Shown: positions 28,943-39,887, counted from the first letter of the stretch. The stretch: DNA of 64,000 nucleotides from an uncultured Chitinophaga sp. (GCA_964456225.1 CAYWAV010000005.1:5160-69159), one strand, 5' to 3'. The notes: a model not told the origin generated them from the letters alone. Translations and numbers: made by a program.

Positions 28943-29890
28943 GTGAGCGAAAAGAAAATACTTCTGGAAGACATTGCACCTATTAATCTGTATGGTGTAA
29001 ATGACTCTAAATTGGAGCTGATAAAAACACGTTTTCCAAAATTAAAAATTGTTGCAAGAGGTGAAACCATTAAGGCGAGTGGGGATGAGGAGGAGTTGAA
29101 TCAATTTGAAATGGTAATCAATATTTTGATTGCGTATTACAACCGTTTTGGAAATCTTACAGAAAACGCCATAGAACAAATTTTAAACGGAAGAGCAAAG
29201 CGCAATGGAAGCCCTGAAAGTGTAGGCGCTGCTGAGGATGTAATTGTGTTTGGAAACAGTGGATTGGTTGTAAAAGCAAGGACAGAGAATCAACGTAAAA
29301 TGGTGGATGCAATCATCAAAAATGATATGCTCTTTGCTGTTGGTCCGGCAGGAACTGGCAAAACCTATACTGCAGTTGCATTGGCAGTTCGTGCATTGAA
29401 AAATAAAGAAGTTAAAAAAATAATTCTGACACGCCCAGCTGTTGAGGCAGGAGAAAATTTAGGATTTTTGCCCGGAGATATGAAGGAGAAGCTAGATCCA
29501 TACATGCAACCCTTGTATGATGCATTGGGTGATATGATTGCTCCTGAAAAATTATCCTATTATCTCGAAAATAGAATTATCCAAATTGCTCCCTTAGCAT
29601 TTATGAGAGGAAGAACGTTGGACAATGCTTTTGCAATTTTAGATGAAGCACAAAATGCTACTGAAGGACAATTAAAAATGTTTCTTACACGAATGGGTGC
29701 TTCAGCAAAATTTGTGATTACAGGTGATATGACACAAATTGATTTACCCAAACATCAACCATCGGGTTTGCCACAAGCAATACGATTATTAAAAAATGTA
29801 GAAGGTATTACAATTGTTGAATTGGATGGAACAGATGTTATTCGTCATAAATTGGTGAAAAAGATTGTTGAGTTGTATGATGCGAAATAA
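28943..29890 (+). CDS. phoH: PhoH-like ATPase
   Basis: GPAGTGKTYTAVALAV, ILTRPAVEAGENLGFLPGD and DEAQNAT. The apparent start codon is GTG. Confidence 0.85.
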   Translation: MSEKKILLEDIAPINLYGVNDSKLELIKTRFPKLKIVARGETIKASGDEEELNQFEMVINILIAYYNRFGNLTENAIEQILNGRAKRNGSPESVGAAEDVIVFGNSGLVVKARTENQRKMVDAIIKNDMLFAVGPAGTGKTYTAVALAVRALKNKEVKKIILTRPAVEAGENLGFLPGDMKEKLDPYMQPLYDALGDMIAPEKLSYYLENRIIQIAPLAFMRGRTLDNAFAILDEAQNATEGQLKMFLTRMGASAKFVITGDMTQIDLPKHQPSGLPQAIRLLKNVEGITIVELDGTDVIRHKLVKKIVELYDAK

Positions 29891-29965
29891 AAGCTTAAAA
29901 AGAGGAAGTTAAAATTCAAAAAATAATTCTAAAATTCAAAAAATCTATAAATCTAAAATTTACAA

Positions 29966-30907
29966 ATGGAAGCGATAACAGAAACTAAATTTAATTTTCC
30001 GAAACAAAAAAGTTTTTATAAAGGAAAGGTGCGTGATGTATATAATATTGATGACAAACAATTGGTAATGGTAGTGAGCGATCGCATCTCTGCTTTTGAT
30101 GTTGTTTTGCCAAAAGGTATTCCTTATAAAGGACAAGTATTAAATCAAATAGCTGCAAAGTTTTTAAAAGCAACAGAAGATATTGTCCCAAATTGGGTGA
30201 TTTCGGTTCCTGATCCAATGGTAACAGTGGGATTGTTTTGTGAACCTTTTAAAGTTGAAATGGTGATTCGTGGTTATTTGTCGGGTCACGCATGGCGCGA
30301 ATATAAATCAGGAAAGCGAATGGTTTGCGGGGTTGCTATGCCGGATGGGATGAAAGAGAATGATAAATTTCCTGAGCCACTTCTTACTCCAACAACAAAA
30401 GCTTCTGTAGGTCATGATGAAGATATTTCTAGAGAAGAAATTTTAAAGCAAGGAATTGTTTCAAAAGAAGATTATGAGCAATTGGAAAAGTATACTCGTG
30501 CAATTTTCCAAAGAGGAACTGAAATAGCCGCTAAAATGGGTTTGATTTTAGTAGATACTAAGTATGAATTTGGTAAAAAAGATGGAATTATTTACTTAAT
30601 TGATGAAATTCATACACCTGATTCTTCCCGTTATTTTTACAAAGAAGGATATGCTGAAAGACAAGCAAAAGACGAAGCACAAAAACAATTGTCGAAGGAA
30701 TTTGTTCGAGAATGGTTAATGGCAAATGGTTTTCAAGGAAAAGATGGACAAAAAATTCCAGAGATGACACCTGAAATAATCGCTTCAATATCTGATAGAT
30801 ACATTGAGCTTTATGAAAATATTGTCGGAGAAAAATTTGTGAAAGCGGATGTAACAAATGTTGTTAAACGGTTAGAAACTAATATTAATAGCTTTTTACA
30901 GCAATAA
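29966..30907 (+). CDS. purC: Phosphoribosylaminoimidazole-succinocarboxamide synthase (long form)
   Basis: [17 protein letters not shown] and typical SAICAR synthetase motifs. Confidence 0.9.
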   Translation: MEAITETKFNFPKQKSFYKGKVRDVYNIDDKQLVMVVSDRISAFDVVLPKGIPYKGQVLNQIAAKFLKATEDIVPNWVISVPDPMVTVGLFCEPFKVEMVIRGYLSGHAWREYKSGKRMVCGVAMPDGMKENDKFPEPLLTPTTKASVGHDEDISREEILKQGIVSKEDYEQLEKYTRAIFQRGTEIAAKMGLILVDTKYEFGKKDGIIYLIDEIHTPDSSRYFYKEGYAERQAKDEAQKQLSKEFVREWLMANGFQGKDGQKIPEMTPEIIASISDRYIELYENIVGEKFVKADVTNVVKRLETNINSFLQQ

Positions 30908-30927
30908 GGAACTTGTCTCATTTTTTT

Positions 30928-30969
30928 AAATCCTTCACGCATTCAGGAATGTTTGAAGGATTTATTTTT
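30928..30969 (+). terminator. Rho-independent terminator of purC
   Basis: AAATCCTTCA-15 nt-TGAAGGATTT followed by a T-rich tract. Confidence 0.6.
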
Positions 30970-31058
30970 AATTTAAACGTTTAATAATTTTGATTTTAGG
31001 ATAGGCTTACTATATTTACGAAACAATCAAATAGTATAAATCTTAAAAACTTAAAATT

Positions 31059-31565
31059 ATGGCTAAAGGCACAGTAAAGGGAATTCCCACAACAACACCA
31101 ACACCAGTTAAAACGTCAATAACCGTGGAATACGATACCGCTAAAAACACAGGTGCAACTAGCTACGAAGCGGCTACTCCTGTTGGAAGTGTTGTAAAAG
31201 GACAAATTACAGATAGTCAAACCAAACTAGATATTGATTTTGAGCAATCATTTGGAATTGAGATTGGTTTAGCGAATGGATTGAAAGTAAGTTATGAAGT
31301 TGTAACTATTAATGGTAAAACGATTGCTAACTCTGTTAAACTTCTAGAAAGAGGAGAGATTCAAACTATTAATGCGACAAACGATGGAGGTACTTTGTTG
31401 GATAAAGCTACTAATGTTGTTATTCCATTTGCACAAACGTATTGTAAAGAATCAGGTTTTGTTATTCCTTCTCAAGGTGTAAAAGGGTCGATTGTTTCAT
31501 TTGAAAGAATCATTGATCCTAAAACTGCTTCTTTTATTGCTGTTTGTCTTGATTTAAAAAAATAA
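31059..31565 (+). CDS. Hypothetical protein (168 aa, no signal peptide, beta-rich composition)
   Basis: Clean ORF between two stem-loops. Thr/Val/Gly-rich. No recognisable motif. Confidence 0.5.
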   Translation: MAKGTVKGIPTTTPTPVKTSITVEYDTAKNTGATSYEAATPVGSVVKGQITDSQTKLDIDFEQSFGIEIGLANGLKVSYEVVTINGKTIANSVKLLERGEIQTINATNDGGTLLDKATNVVIPFAQTYCKESGFVIPSQGVKGSIVSFERIIDPKTASFIAVCLDLKK

Positions 31566-31583
31566 ACATTTAAATTAATTAAA

Positions 31584-31613
31584 CCGGACGATGGAAGTCG
31601 TCCGGTTATTTTA
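31584..31613 (+). terminator. Stem-loop (terminator or attenuator) directly upstream of the next gene
   Basis: CCGGACG-atggaagt-CGTCCGG followed by TTATTTTATT. It ends 4 nt before the ATG at 31617. Confidence 0.5.
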
Positions 31614-31616
31614 TTC

Positions 31617-33614
31617 ATGACTCTCCATTTTAGAAAATTATCTTTATTGATATTGCTGCTATTAATAGCGGTTAGGCCTGTTGTTGCCCAAGCAAATATC
31701 GATTCCATTCAGAAATTGGTAAATGTAAAAACGGGAAAAGTGAAATTCAAGTATTTACTCAAACTTTCAGAAACCAATCGTGCAGCTGGGCGTTATGATA
31801 TTGCGTTGATTTTTGCTAAACAATTGTTGGAATTGTCAATTTCCGATACTTCTCTTCATGATGAGCAAAGTGCATGTTTTGAATTAGGGGCAATTTACCA
31901 GAACAAATTTGAATTTGATAAATCGCTTAAATATTATTTAAAAGCAAGCGAATTGTACGAACAGGAAAACATCTTGGCTGGTTTGGCAACTGTAAAGAAT
32001 AATATTGGTGAAGTGTACAGGCATATGAGAAACTATCCGAACGCCATTGAGTATATGAATGCGGCTTTAGAAATTAATAAGAAACTGGAGAATCCTGCAG
32101 GTATTGCCTTTTCTGAAAATGGCTTGGGAGCTGTTTATTATGATATGAATGAATTGGAAAAGGCAGTTGTGTATTTTAAATCTGCTTTGATTTACTATAA
32201 ATTAAATAGAGAATTTACAAATGTTGCCCTTTCACAAAACAATATTGGGAGCATTTATAATGAATTAGAAAAGTATCCAGAAGCAATTGCAAATTATCAA
32301 GCTGCAATGGCTGTTTTTACTCAATTGAATGACAGTGTTAACTATGCAATGTGTCTTGCAAACGTTGGTAATGTCTACAACATTATGGGTGATTACAAAA
32401 AAGGAATTGAATGTTCCTTATACGCATTGGCAATTTCAACTCGATTAAACGATCGGTTTAATATCGCAGCTTGTTATGTGTTTTTAGCAGAAGGCTATCA
32501 GTTTTCAGGTGATTATAAACATGCTTTTGAATACCAAACCAAATTGCTGAATTTGAAGGATACAATTTATGATTTGGAAACAAATCAGAATATTGCCGAA
32601 ATGCAAACACGATTTGATACAGAGAAGAAAGAAAAAGAAAACCAAATCTTAAAGCAAGAAAATGATTTGCAAATCTTGAGCATTAATAGGCAGAAGATTA
32701 TTAATTATTCTGTTTCATTAGGTTTATTACTTGTTTTAGGCTTGGCATTTTTTATTTACAAGGGATACAAACAAAAGCAAAAAGCCAATCTTCAATTGGA
32801 AGAAAAGAATCTGTTAATTGAAGAAAAAAACAAAATTGTAGAGGAAAAGAACAAAGATATAACAGACAGCATTCGTTATGCAAAACGTTTACAAACAGCT
32901 ATTTTAAAACCTGAGAATACACTTTCAAGCTATTTTGACGATGGTTTTATTTTATTTAAGCCAAAAGATATTGTGAGTGGAGATTTTTATTGGTTCGAGA
33001 AATTTGGAAATCTTTCCTTAATTGCTGCCGCTGATTGTACCGGACATGGTGTCCCCGGAGCATTTATGTCGATTATCGGTTGTAATTTATTGTCGCAGGC
33101 TGTAAATGAATATGCTATTACACAACCTGCTGCTATTTTAAATTCTATCAATAAAGGCTTAACTAAAGTGCTGCAGCAAAAAGGCGATGCCGATTCTTTT
33201 GTAACAGATGGAATGGACATTGCACTTTGTTCTTTTGATACTGAGAAAATGTTGGTTGAGTATTCCGGAGCTTTTAATCCAATGTGGCTTATTAGAAATG
33301 ATGAAGTGATTGAATTTACCGCGGATAAATTTCCTGTAGGTGCTTTTATTGATAGTCAAGTTCGAATTTTTAATTCACACAAGGTTCCTGTTCAAAAAGG
33401 CGATATGATTTATATGTTTTCAGATGGCTATGCCGACCAGTTTGGTGGACCATTGGGTAAAAAATTCAAATATAAACCGCTGCAGAAAATATTGTTAGAT
33501 ATTTATAAAAAGCCAGCAAATGAACAACGAACAATATTGAATAAGGCATTTGAGAGCTGGATTGGCAATCTGGAACAAATTGACGATGTTTTGATAATAG
33601 GAATACGCATTTAA
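31617..33614 (+). CDS. TPR-repeat sensor / SpoIIE-type PP2C serine phosphatase (paralog of 10900..12864)
   Basis: Same architecture as 10900..12864: signal peptide, TPR repeats, one TM and the PP2C block DIVSGDFYW..DCTGHGVPGAFMS..FSDGYADQFGG. Confidence 0.85.
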   Translation: MTLHFRKLSLLILLLLIAVRPVVAQANIDSIQKLVNVKTGKVKFKYLLKLSETNRAAGRYDIALIFAKQLLELSISDTSLHDEQSACFELGAIYQNKFEFDKSLKYYLKASELYEQENILAGLATVKNNIGEVYRHMRNYPNAIEYMNAALEINKKLENPAGIAFSENGLGAVYYDMNELEKAVVYFKSALIYYKLNREFTNVALSQNNIGSIYNELEKYPEAIANYQAAMAVFTQLNDSVNYAMCLANVGNVYNIMGDYKKGIECSLYALAISTRLNDRFNIAACYVFLAEGYQFSGDYKHAFEYQTKLLNLKDTIYDLETNQNIAEMQTRFDTEKKEKENQILKQENDLQILSINRQKIINYSVSLGLLLVLGLAFFIYKGYKQKQKANLQLEEKNLLIEEKNKIVEEKNKDITDSIRYAKRLQTAILKPENTLSSYFDDGFILFKPKDIVSGDFYWFEKFGNLSLIAAADCTGHGVPGAFMSIIGCNLLSQAVNEYAITQPAAILNSINKGLTKVLQQKGDADSFVTDGMDIALCSFDTEKMLVEYSGAFNPMWLIRNDEVIEFTADKFPVGAFIDSQVRIFNSHKVPVQKGDMIYMFSDGYADQFGGPLGKKFKYKPLQKILLDIYKKPANEQRTILNKAFESWIGNLEQIDDVLIIGIRI

Positions 33615-33709
33615 GTCAATCTCTTCCACTCATCAGGTTAAAATCACCTTCAGTGTAATACTTTCATTTTGGTTCTGCTTTACTACTTAAATTTGCTTAC
33701 AACAGAATC

Positions 33710-36148
33710 ATGAAAAAACCAATACTCTTTTTTGTTTTATTATTTTCTGTATCTGCATATGCGCAAGAACGTAAAAAAATAACCGCATCACGTGTTGAGC
33801 AATCCCCAAAAATTGATGGAGTTTTAGATGATGAGGCTTGGAAAATGGCAGAACCTGCAAGTGATTTTATTCAGAGAGCTCCCAAACCCGGACAGCCATC
33901 CAAACAAAAATCAGAAGTAAAAATTGTATATGATAATGTTGCGATTTATATCGGAGCGATGCTTTATGATACAAGTGCGGACAGTGTTTTAAGGGAGTTG
34001 AGTGAGCGTGATAATGAAGCCAATGCAGATCTTTTTGGATTGATAATCGATACGTATAATGATGATATCAACGGATTTGGTTTTTTTATTACGGCTGCTG
34101 GTGTGCAAATTGATGCAAGGTATTCAGCAGAAGGACAAGATTTTAATTGGAATGCAGTTTGGCAAAGTAAGGTTGAAATTGTCAATGACGGTTGGATTGC
34201 AGAATTTAAAATACCGTATTCAGCCATTCGCTTTTCAAAAGATTCTATTCAGGATTGGGGAGTAAATTTTATTCGTAAAACCAGAAGAACAAGAGAAGAT
34301 GCTTTTTGGAATAATGTAAATCCTTCTGTGAATGGTTTAATTAATCAGTTTGGTGATATAAAAGGAATATCGAATATCCAATCTCCTTTACGTTTATCAT
34401 TGTCGCCTTACATTTCTGCTTATGCTGAAAATTACCCATACAATGTTTTAGGGAAGAGTAATAATTCTTATTCGCTAAATGGTGGTATGGATATTAAATA
34501 CGGTATCACAGAAAGTTTTACGCTGGATATGACTTTGGTTCCTGATTTTGGTCAGGTACAAAGTGATAATAGAGTTTTGAATCTTTCAGCCTTTGAAGTA
34601 CAATACAATGAAAATCGTCAATTTTTTACGGAAGGAACTGAGTTGTTTTCAAAAGGCGGACTTTTTTATTCGAGGAGAATAGGTGGCACTCCAATTGATT
34701 ATTATGCTCCGTATTATCAGCTTGGCGAGGGAGAGTTTGTAAAGGATAATCCGAGTAATACACAATTGTACAATGCAACAAAAATTTCAGGACGAACCAA
34801 TAGCAATTTAGGAATAGGTGTATTCAATGCCACTTCTGCTGATACCTATGCAACAATTTCTGATTCATTAGGAAATAATAGAAAAGTAATGACGCAGCCC
34901 TTGACGAATTACAATATTTTGGTTTTCGATCAGGCTTTAAAAAACAATTCATACATCAGCTTGATCAATACCAACGTTACCCGAAACGGAAGTTACTATG
35001 ATGCAAATGTTACAGGTACAACATTCAAATTCATGGAAAAAAGTAATACTTACGGATTTGACGGAAATGCTGCTGTGAGTCAACTTTATTTTTCTGATTC
35101 AGCAAAACCCTTGTTAGGTTATACTTACAACGTATATGTTGGGAAAGTAAGCGGAAAGTTTCGTTACAATATTAATGCAAATGTAAAAAGCGATAAATAT
35201 GATCCTAACGATATGGGAATATTATTTATCAATAATACTATCGAAACATCTCTTAATCTGAGTTATAATCGTTTTGAACCTAAAGGCCGATTAAATTCCT
35301 ATAATGTTTCAGGTGGCGTTGGTTATTCGCGTTTATTTAAACCAAGTTTTCTTTGGAATTTTAATATTTATGGTGATGCCTACTTTTTATTCAAATCTTT
35401 TTTGTCGGTTGGAGGAGGAGTAAATCTGGAGCCAATTATTACTTACGACCATTGGGAACCTCGTGTACCAGGCCATTATTACATCTACCCGAAAGATTAT
35501 TTAGGCTACTCTTGGTTTTCTTCAGATTATAGAAAACGTTTTGCTTTGGATGGTCGCGTGAGATACAGATATTTCGAAGAAAATAACCGTTTTAATATTG
35601 CCTTTGGTTTAGCGCCTCGTTTCAGAGTAAATAATAAACTTTCGTTTAATTATGATTTTGATAGAGATTATATCAACGATGATATTGGTTTTGTAAATTA
35701 TGATGGCTATAATGAAGTTATCACATTTGGAAGAAGAAATGTAACCACTATACAAAACACGTTGAATGCGAGTTATGTTTTTACAAATAGAATGGCGCTC
35801 TCATTGAGAGGTAGACATTATTGGTCGAAGGCCGAATACCAGCAATACTATGTTCTTGGAGATAAAGGCTTGTTGTTTGATCATCCATTGTATTTCGGTA
35901 ACTCGGATGTTAACTTTAATGCATTTAATATTGATTTGGTTTACAGATGGCAATTTTTGCCGGGAAGCGAAATGAATTTTGTATGGAAACATGCTATTTA
36001 TACTCAAGGTGATGTGATTGTACAACATTTTACTGATGACATAGATTTGACTTTTAATTCTCCGAAATCAAATAGCTTTTCAATAAAAATTTTATACTAT
36101 TTGGATTCTTCCATTTTAAAAAGGAAAAATAAAAGAGTAACTTCGTAA
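33710..36148 (+). CDS. CBM9-like / DUF5916 family large secreted protein
   Basis: Signal peptide. The N-terminal KIDGVLDDEAWKMAEP...NWNAVWQSK pattern is typical of CBM9-like domains. The remainder is a long beta-rich region. Confidence 0.65.
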   Translation: MKKPILFFVLLFSVSAYAQERKKITASRVEQSPKIDGVLDDEAWKMAEPASDFIQRAPKPGQPSKQKSEVKIVYDNVAIYIGAMLYDTSADSVLRELSERDNEANADLFGLIIDTYNDDINGFGFFITAAGVQIDARYSAEGQDFNWNAVWQSKVEIVNDGWIAEFKIPYSAIRFSKDSIQDWGVNFIRKTRRTREDAFWNNVNPSVNGLINQFGDIKGISNIQSPLRLSLSPYISAYAENYPYNVLGKSNNSYSLNGGMDIKYGITESFTLDMTLVPDFGQVQSDNRVLNLSAFEVQYNENRQFFTEGTELFSKGGLFYSRRIGGTPIDYYAPYYQLGEGEFVKDNPSNTQLYNATKISGRTNSNLGIGVFNATSADTYATISDSLGNNRKVMTQPLTNYNILVFDQALKNNSYISLINTNVTRNGSYYDANVTGTTFKFMEKSNTYGFDGNAAVSQLYFSDSAKPLLGYTYNVYVGKVSGKFRYNINANVKSDKYDPNDMGILFINNTIETSLNLSYNRFEPKGRLNSYNVSGGVGYSRLFKPSFLWNFNIYGDAYFLFKSFLSVGGGVNLEPIITYDHWEPRVPGHYYIYPKDYLGYSWFSSDYRKRFALDGRVRYRYFEENNRFNIAFGLAPRFRVNNKLSFNYDFDRDYINDDIGFVNYDGYNEVITFGRRNVTTIQNTLNASYVFTNRMALSLRGRHYWSKAEYQQYYVLGDKGLLFDHPLYFGNSDVNFNAFNIDLVYRWQFLPGSEMNFVWKHAIYTQGDVIVQHFTDDIDLTFNSPKSNSFSIKILYYLDSSILKRKNKRVTS

Positions 36149-36181
36149 TGCCGATGCAGAAATCATGGCACAAGTATAAAG

Positions 36182-36544
36182 ATGCTATTCAAAAAACAAA
36201 CTACCTGGATTAAATTGTTTGCTTCACTTGAGGCAGCCAACAACAGAATAGCCGTTGGGAAAGTTTCAACCATTGAAGTTGGAAAGAAAAAAGTATGTGT
36301 AGCCCATACTTCCGAAGGTTTTTTTGCCGTTAATGATAAATGCCCTCACAACGGAGCGTCATTAGGTAGTGGTTTTTGCACTGATCAAGGAAGTGTAGTA
36401 TGTCCTGTCCATCGTTATCATTTCGATTTAAAAACAGGAAGAGCCAAAAGTGGCTTAGGCGACTTTGTGCAACCATATCCTATTGAAGTTCGTGAGGATG
36501 GCGTTTTTATTGGATTCGAAGAAACAGTTTGGAATTTGTTTTAA
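36182..36544 (+). CDS. Rieske [2Fe-2S] domain protein (NirD-like small ferredoxin)
   Basis: CPHNGASL ... CPVHRYHF (CxH...CxxH). Confidence 0.75.
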   Translation: MLFKKQTTWIKLFASLEAANNRIAVGKVSTIEVGKKKVCVAHTSEGFFAVNDKCPHNGASLGSGFCTDQGSVVCPVHRYHFDLKTGRAKSGLGDFVQPYPIEVREDGVFIGFEETVWNLF

Positions 36545-36729
36545 TGGGCTAGTCTACCACTCCGCTCAGACTTATACTCAATGTTTACGTTCAGTCTCAT
36601 TGTACAACACTGATCGGATTCGAAGTGTTTAGAAACTCACACAGAATATTTAATTATTTTCAATCTCTCATGTATCTTCATGCAATTTCTCCGTTATAGG
36701 AATAAAGTTCTTAAAAAAAGGAGGCCCAA

Positions 36730-37590
36730 ATGAAATCGTATCACCCAATTAGTTTTCTGTTGATTGCTTTTAGTCTTAGCGATGTACCTGTGTTTGCAAA
36801 TGCTGTTCTATCTATTGAAGAAGCTGCAAAAAAAGGTTTTGTAAAATTGTTTATTAAAAGTAAAGGTGGTTATACCGGAGAGGTAGTAGAAATGAAAGTG
36901 CAAAATTTGACCAATCGAAAATTAGATTTAAGAATTGAGGCAGGAAGAAGATTGGATTCCAAACAACAAAATGAACAGGATATTTTGGTAACGAGAGAAC
37001 AAGAAATTTTTGTAAATGCCAATCAAACAAAATGGTTCAATGTAACTGGAATGTGTTGTCAGGCACATAATAACGCTCCAACTATTAAACATGAATATTT
37101 TGTCGGAAAATTAGCGGATAGCACACTGATTAAGTTGGCAATGTATATCGATAAAAATAAATACTATTCAAATTATTCGGCACAACAATCGGTTTGGGTA
37201 GTCTCTGATGATAATTCAATTGGAAGTATTGATGATAGTGATAAAGAAGTAAAAAATAATTTGAGAACATTTGTTTCCAAATTAACAGGCAAGGTTATTC
37301 CACCTTATGATGTAAAATATCAAAGCGGGAATGATGGAAGTGCAATGGGAAGAGCGGTTCGTATAGAAGGCGTGTTTGATTATTCCTTGCCAATGGCTTG
37401 TCATTCAACAATGGCTATATACAATGAGCGCGGAGAAATAGTACAACTCATTTTCGAAAACTTGCAAAGTAATAGAGGTGAGTATAAACATTATTATACC
37501 TTCAGAACAAAAGATTTGCCTCAAGGAACGTATTATGCAAGAGTAAATGCAGATGGGATGTTGCAGAAGGAAATGAAGATTGAGTTTTAG
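36730..37590 (+). CDS. Hypothetical secreted protein, possible T9SS CTD
   Basis: Signal peptide. The C-terminal ~80 aa (GTYYARVNADGMLQKEMKIEF) are CTD-like. Confidence 0.5.
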   Translation: MKSYHPISFLLIAFSLSDVPVFANAVLSIEEAAKKGFVKLFIKSKGGYTGEVVEMKVQNLTNRKLDLRIEAGRRLDSKQQNEQDILVTREQEIFVNANQTKWFNVTGMCCQAHNNAPTIKHEYFVGKLADSTLIKLAMYIDKNKYYSNYSAQQSVWVVSDDNSIGSIDDSDKEVKNNLRTFVSKLTGKVIPPYDVKYQSGNDGSAMGRAVRIEGVFDYSLPMACHSTMAIYNERGEIVQLIFENLQSNRGEYKHYYTFRTKDLPQGTYYARVNADGMLQKEMKIEF

Positions 37591-37687
37591 ATGGTGATTC
37601 CGAAATTTGCTCGCAGACCTGCCAGCCTGCTGGCAGGCAGGTTTCGCGGCTCTCTTGTTTGGTTCGATGATTTGTGAGGTCAATTTA

Positions 37688-38260
37688 TTAACTTATCGGA
37701 GGCCAAATGCTACTCAAGGAAGGGTTTTCTGGCATATACACAACCCAAAGTTTGTCGCCAATAGCTTTGCTTAAATTCGTTCTGTCAAAAATATTTCCTA
37801 CATCGCCTGAATATTTTTGTCCGCCAGCCTCAAAAGTAAATTCAATAATAAATGGTGATTGATTGTTTATTTTTTTAGTAAAGTCTTGTCGGATATTTGT
37901 TATTTCGCCAATAGTTGATGTTCCTTGTTCCAATGGGATTAATTCGTTGTTGGCATCTTTTATTCCTTTTCTCCAAAGAAAAATACCTATGATTGGAAAG
38001 ATAATTGACCAAAAAAAAGGGATTGTGAAAACAATACCCAAGATGGTCATAATATTATTAGTGTACTTTACTCGTTTAATAAACTTTTTAGGCAAAAGAC
38101 GAGGAACAAGAGGTGGCTTAGGGCCAAGTTCATTTGTGCCTCGTTGATATTCTAAGCTCCCACCACAATTATCACAATTAGATAAAACGGAACTTGAAAA
38201 CTGTGATTTACACCAAGGACACTTGATTATATAACTGTTTTGTCTTCCTGTTTGTATCAT
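37688..38260 (-). CDS. Zinc-ribbon / TM / DUF3592-like membrane protein
   Basis: CPWC...CDNC N-terminal zinc ribbon, a TM helix and a C-terminal beta domain. Confidence 0.55.
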   Translation of the reverse strand: MIQTGRQNSYIIKCPWCKSQFSSSVLSNCDNCGGSLEYQRGTNELGPKPPLVPRLLPKKFIKRVKYTNNIMTILGIVFTIPFFWSIIFPIIGIFLWRKGIKDANNELIPLEQGTSTIGEITNIRQDFTKKINNQSPFIIEFTFEAGGQKYSGDVGNIFDRTNLSKAIGDKLWVVYMPENPSLSSIWPPIS

Positions 38261-38273
38261 TTATTTATAAGTT

Positions 38274-39128
38274 TTATTTTCCAAAATACTCTTCAAAAGA
38301 AAATGCTTCTTTCAATCGAACACCTTTATCCGTATTTTGAACAGTACAGCATTGGTTAACTGAATCATGTTCTAAGAATAAAACAAATTCTTCATCTGCA
38401 GCAAGTTTTAAAAACTTTTCTTTTTCTGTGAGTGTAAGAAGTGGGCGAGTGTCATAACCCATCACATAAGGTAACGGAATGTGTCCAGTTGATGGAAGCA
38501 AATCAGCCATAAATGCAATTGTTTTTCCTCTGTATTTAATCTGTGGAATCATCATTGCATCCGTATGTCCACGCATATAACTTAAAGAAATATTTTCTCC
38601 CAATTGTTTGCTGTTTTCTCCGTCTATAAATTTTAATTGTCCGCTTTCCTGTATTGGCAGAATATTCTCTTTTATAAAGCTAGCTTTTTCTCGATTGTTT
38701 GGCTTTGTTGCCCATTCCCAATGCTCGGCATTACTCCAATAGGTTGCATTTTTAAATGCCGTTTCAAATCCTGTTTTTTCTTTGTTATGCTTAATGCTTC
38801 CTCCACAATGATCAAAATGCAAATGCGTTAAAAACATATCCGTGATATCATCGGAGCTAAAGCCAGCTGTTTTTAGTGAACTTTCTAATGTGTCGTTTCC
38901 ATTTAAAAAATAGTGACTGAAGAACTTAGCATCTTGTTTGTTGCCAATTCCATTATCAATCAATGTTAAACGGTTTCCATCTTCAATAAGTAAACAACGC
39001 ATTGCCCAATTACAAAGGTTGTTTTCATCGGCCGGATTTGTTTTATTCCACAACGATTTAGGTACAACACCAAACATAGCGCCACCATCTAATTTAAAAT
39101 TTCCTGTATTTATTACGTGTAACTTCAT
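38274..39128 (-). CDS. MBL-fold metallo-hydrolase
   Basis: THLHFDHCGG metal-binding motif and downstream His/Asp ligands. Confidence 0.8.
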   Translation of the reverse strand: MKLHVINTGNFKLDGGAMFGVVPKSLWNKTNPADENNLCNWAMRCLLIEDGNRLTLIDNGIGNKQDAKFFSHYFLNGNDTLESSLKTAGFSSDDITDMFLTHLHFDHCGGSIKHNKEKTGFETAFKNATYWSNAEHWEWATKPNNREKASFIKENILPIQESGQLKFIDGENSKQLGENISLSYMRGHTDAMMIPQIKYRGKTIAFMADLLPSTGHIPLPYVMGYDTRPLLTLTEKEKFLKLAADEEFVLFLEHDSVNQCCTVQNTDKGVRLKEAFSFEEYFGK

Positions 39129-39185
39129 AATACAAATAACGAATTTTACTAATTTACTAATCTATATTTTATATTCAACCTTCAA

Positions 39186-39887
39186 TTATTTAATTGCCAC
39201 ACTAGCCTTTACAACCTTTGTTTGTAAGCCACAACCGCTGTATTTTTTATCATTTAATTGAACTTGAACTGAAAAGTCATATTGACTATCAATAGCACCG
39301 TTGCATTTTTCTCTTTTTATGATGACTGTGATTTTGTTTTCTCCGTCAGTTGATGAGTATGTACTTGAACCATTTTTAATTTCTGGTTTTGCATAAACAA
39401 AATGAGTTGTTTTTTGCTCCATTGGATTGTAGAAGTCAATTAAATCTTCATTCTTTGAAATTTGAACAATCCAAAAAGGTTCAAATCCTGTGCACCAATA
39501 ATCAGACTCAACGCAATTGTTTTTGTAGTTTTTTTGTTCTGCTTTAATGTTATTGCTGTAAGTTATCGCATTCGGATCGTTAGGGTCGATGCTTGCATTC
39601 ATTTCAATATAGATGGCTTCATCTGAATATGCATTTGGTAATATTAAATTGTAAAGAGAATCAACTATGCTTGTGTTTTTAAGTAAAAACAACCCTCCGT
39701 TTTCACAATCTAAAAAGTTAGATTGATGTGAACGATATAATCCTTTAAATTGTTTTATTTCAGATTTCGTTTCTCTACCAATTTTAATACTGTCTAATTG
39801 TAAAGACGTTTTATTTTCTGGACTTGTACTTAAATTACATGCCGAGAAAAGCATGACAACTGAATATAATAAGATTGTGTTTTTCAT
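39186..39887 (-). CDS. Hypothetical lipoprotein
   Basis: Lipobox ..MLFSAC and several conserved-looking Cys residues. Confidence 0.55.
   Translation of the reverse strand: MKNTILLYSVVMLFSACNLSTSPENKTSLQLDSIKIGRETKSEIKQFKGLYRSHQSNFLDCENGGLFLLKNTSIVDSLYNLILPNAYSDEAIYIEMNASIDPNDPNAITYSNNIKAEQKNYKNNCVESDYWCTGFEPFWIVQISKNEDLIDFYNPMEQKTTHFVYAKPEIKNGSSTYSSTDGENKITVIIKREKCNGAIDSQYDFSVQVQLNDKKYSGCGLQTKVVKASVAIK

Noticed and set aside
31059-31565. T6SS Hcp or phage tail-tube identity for the 168-aa beta-rich protein
   Set aside because: No Hcp N-terminal signature and no other T6SS or phage genes in the window.
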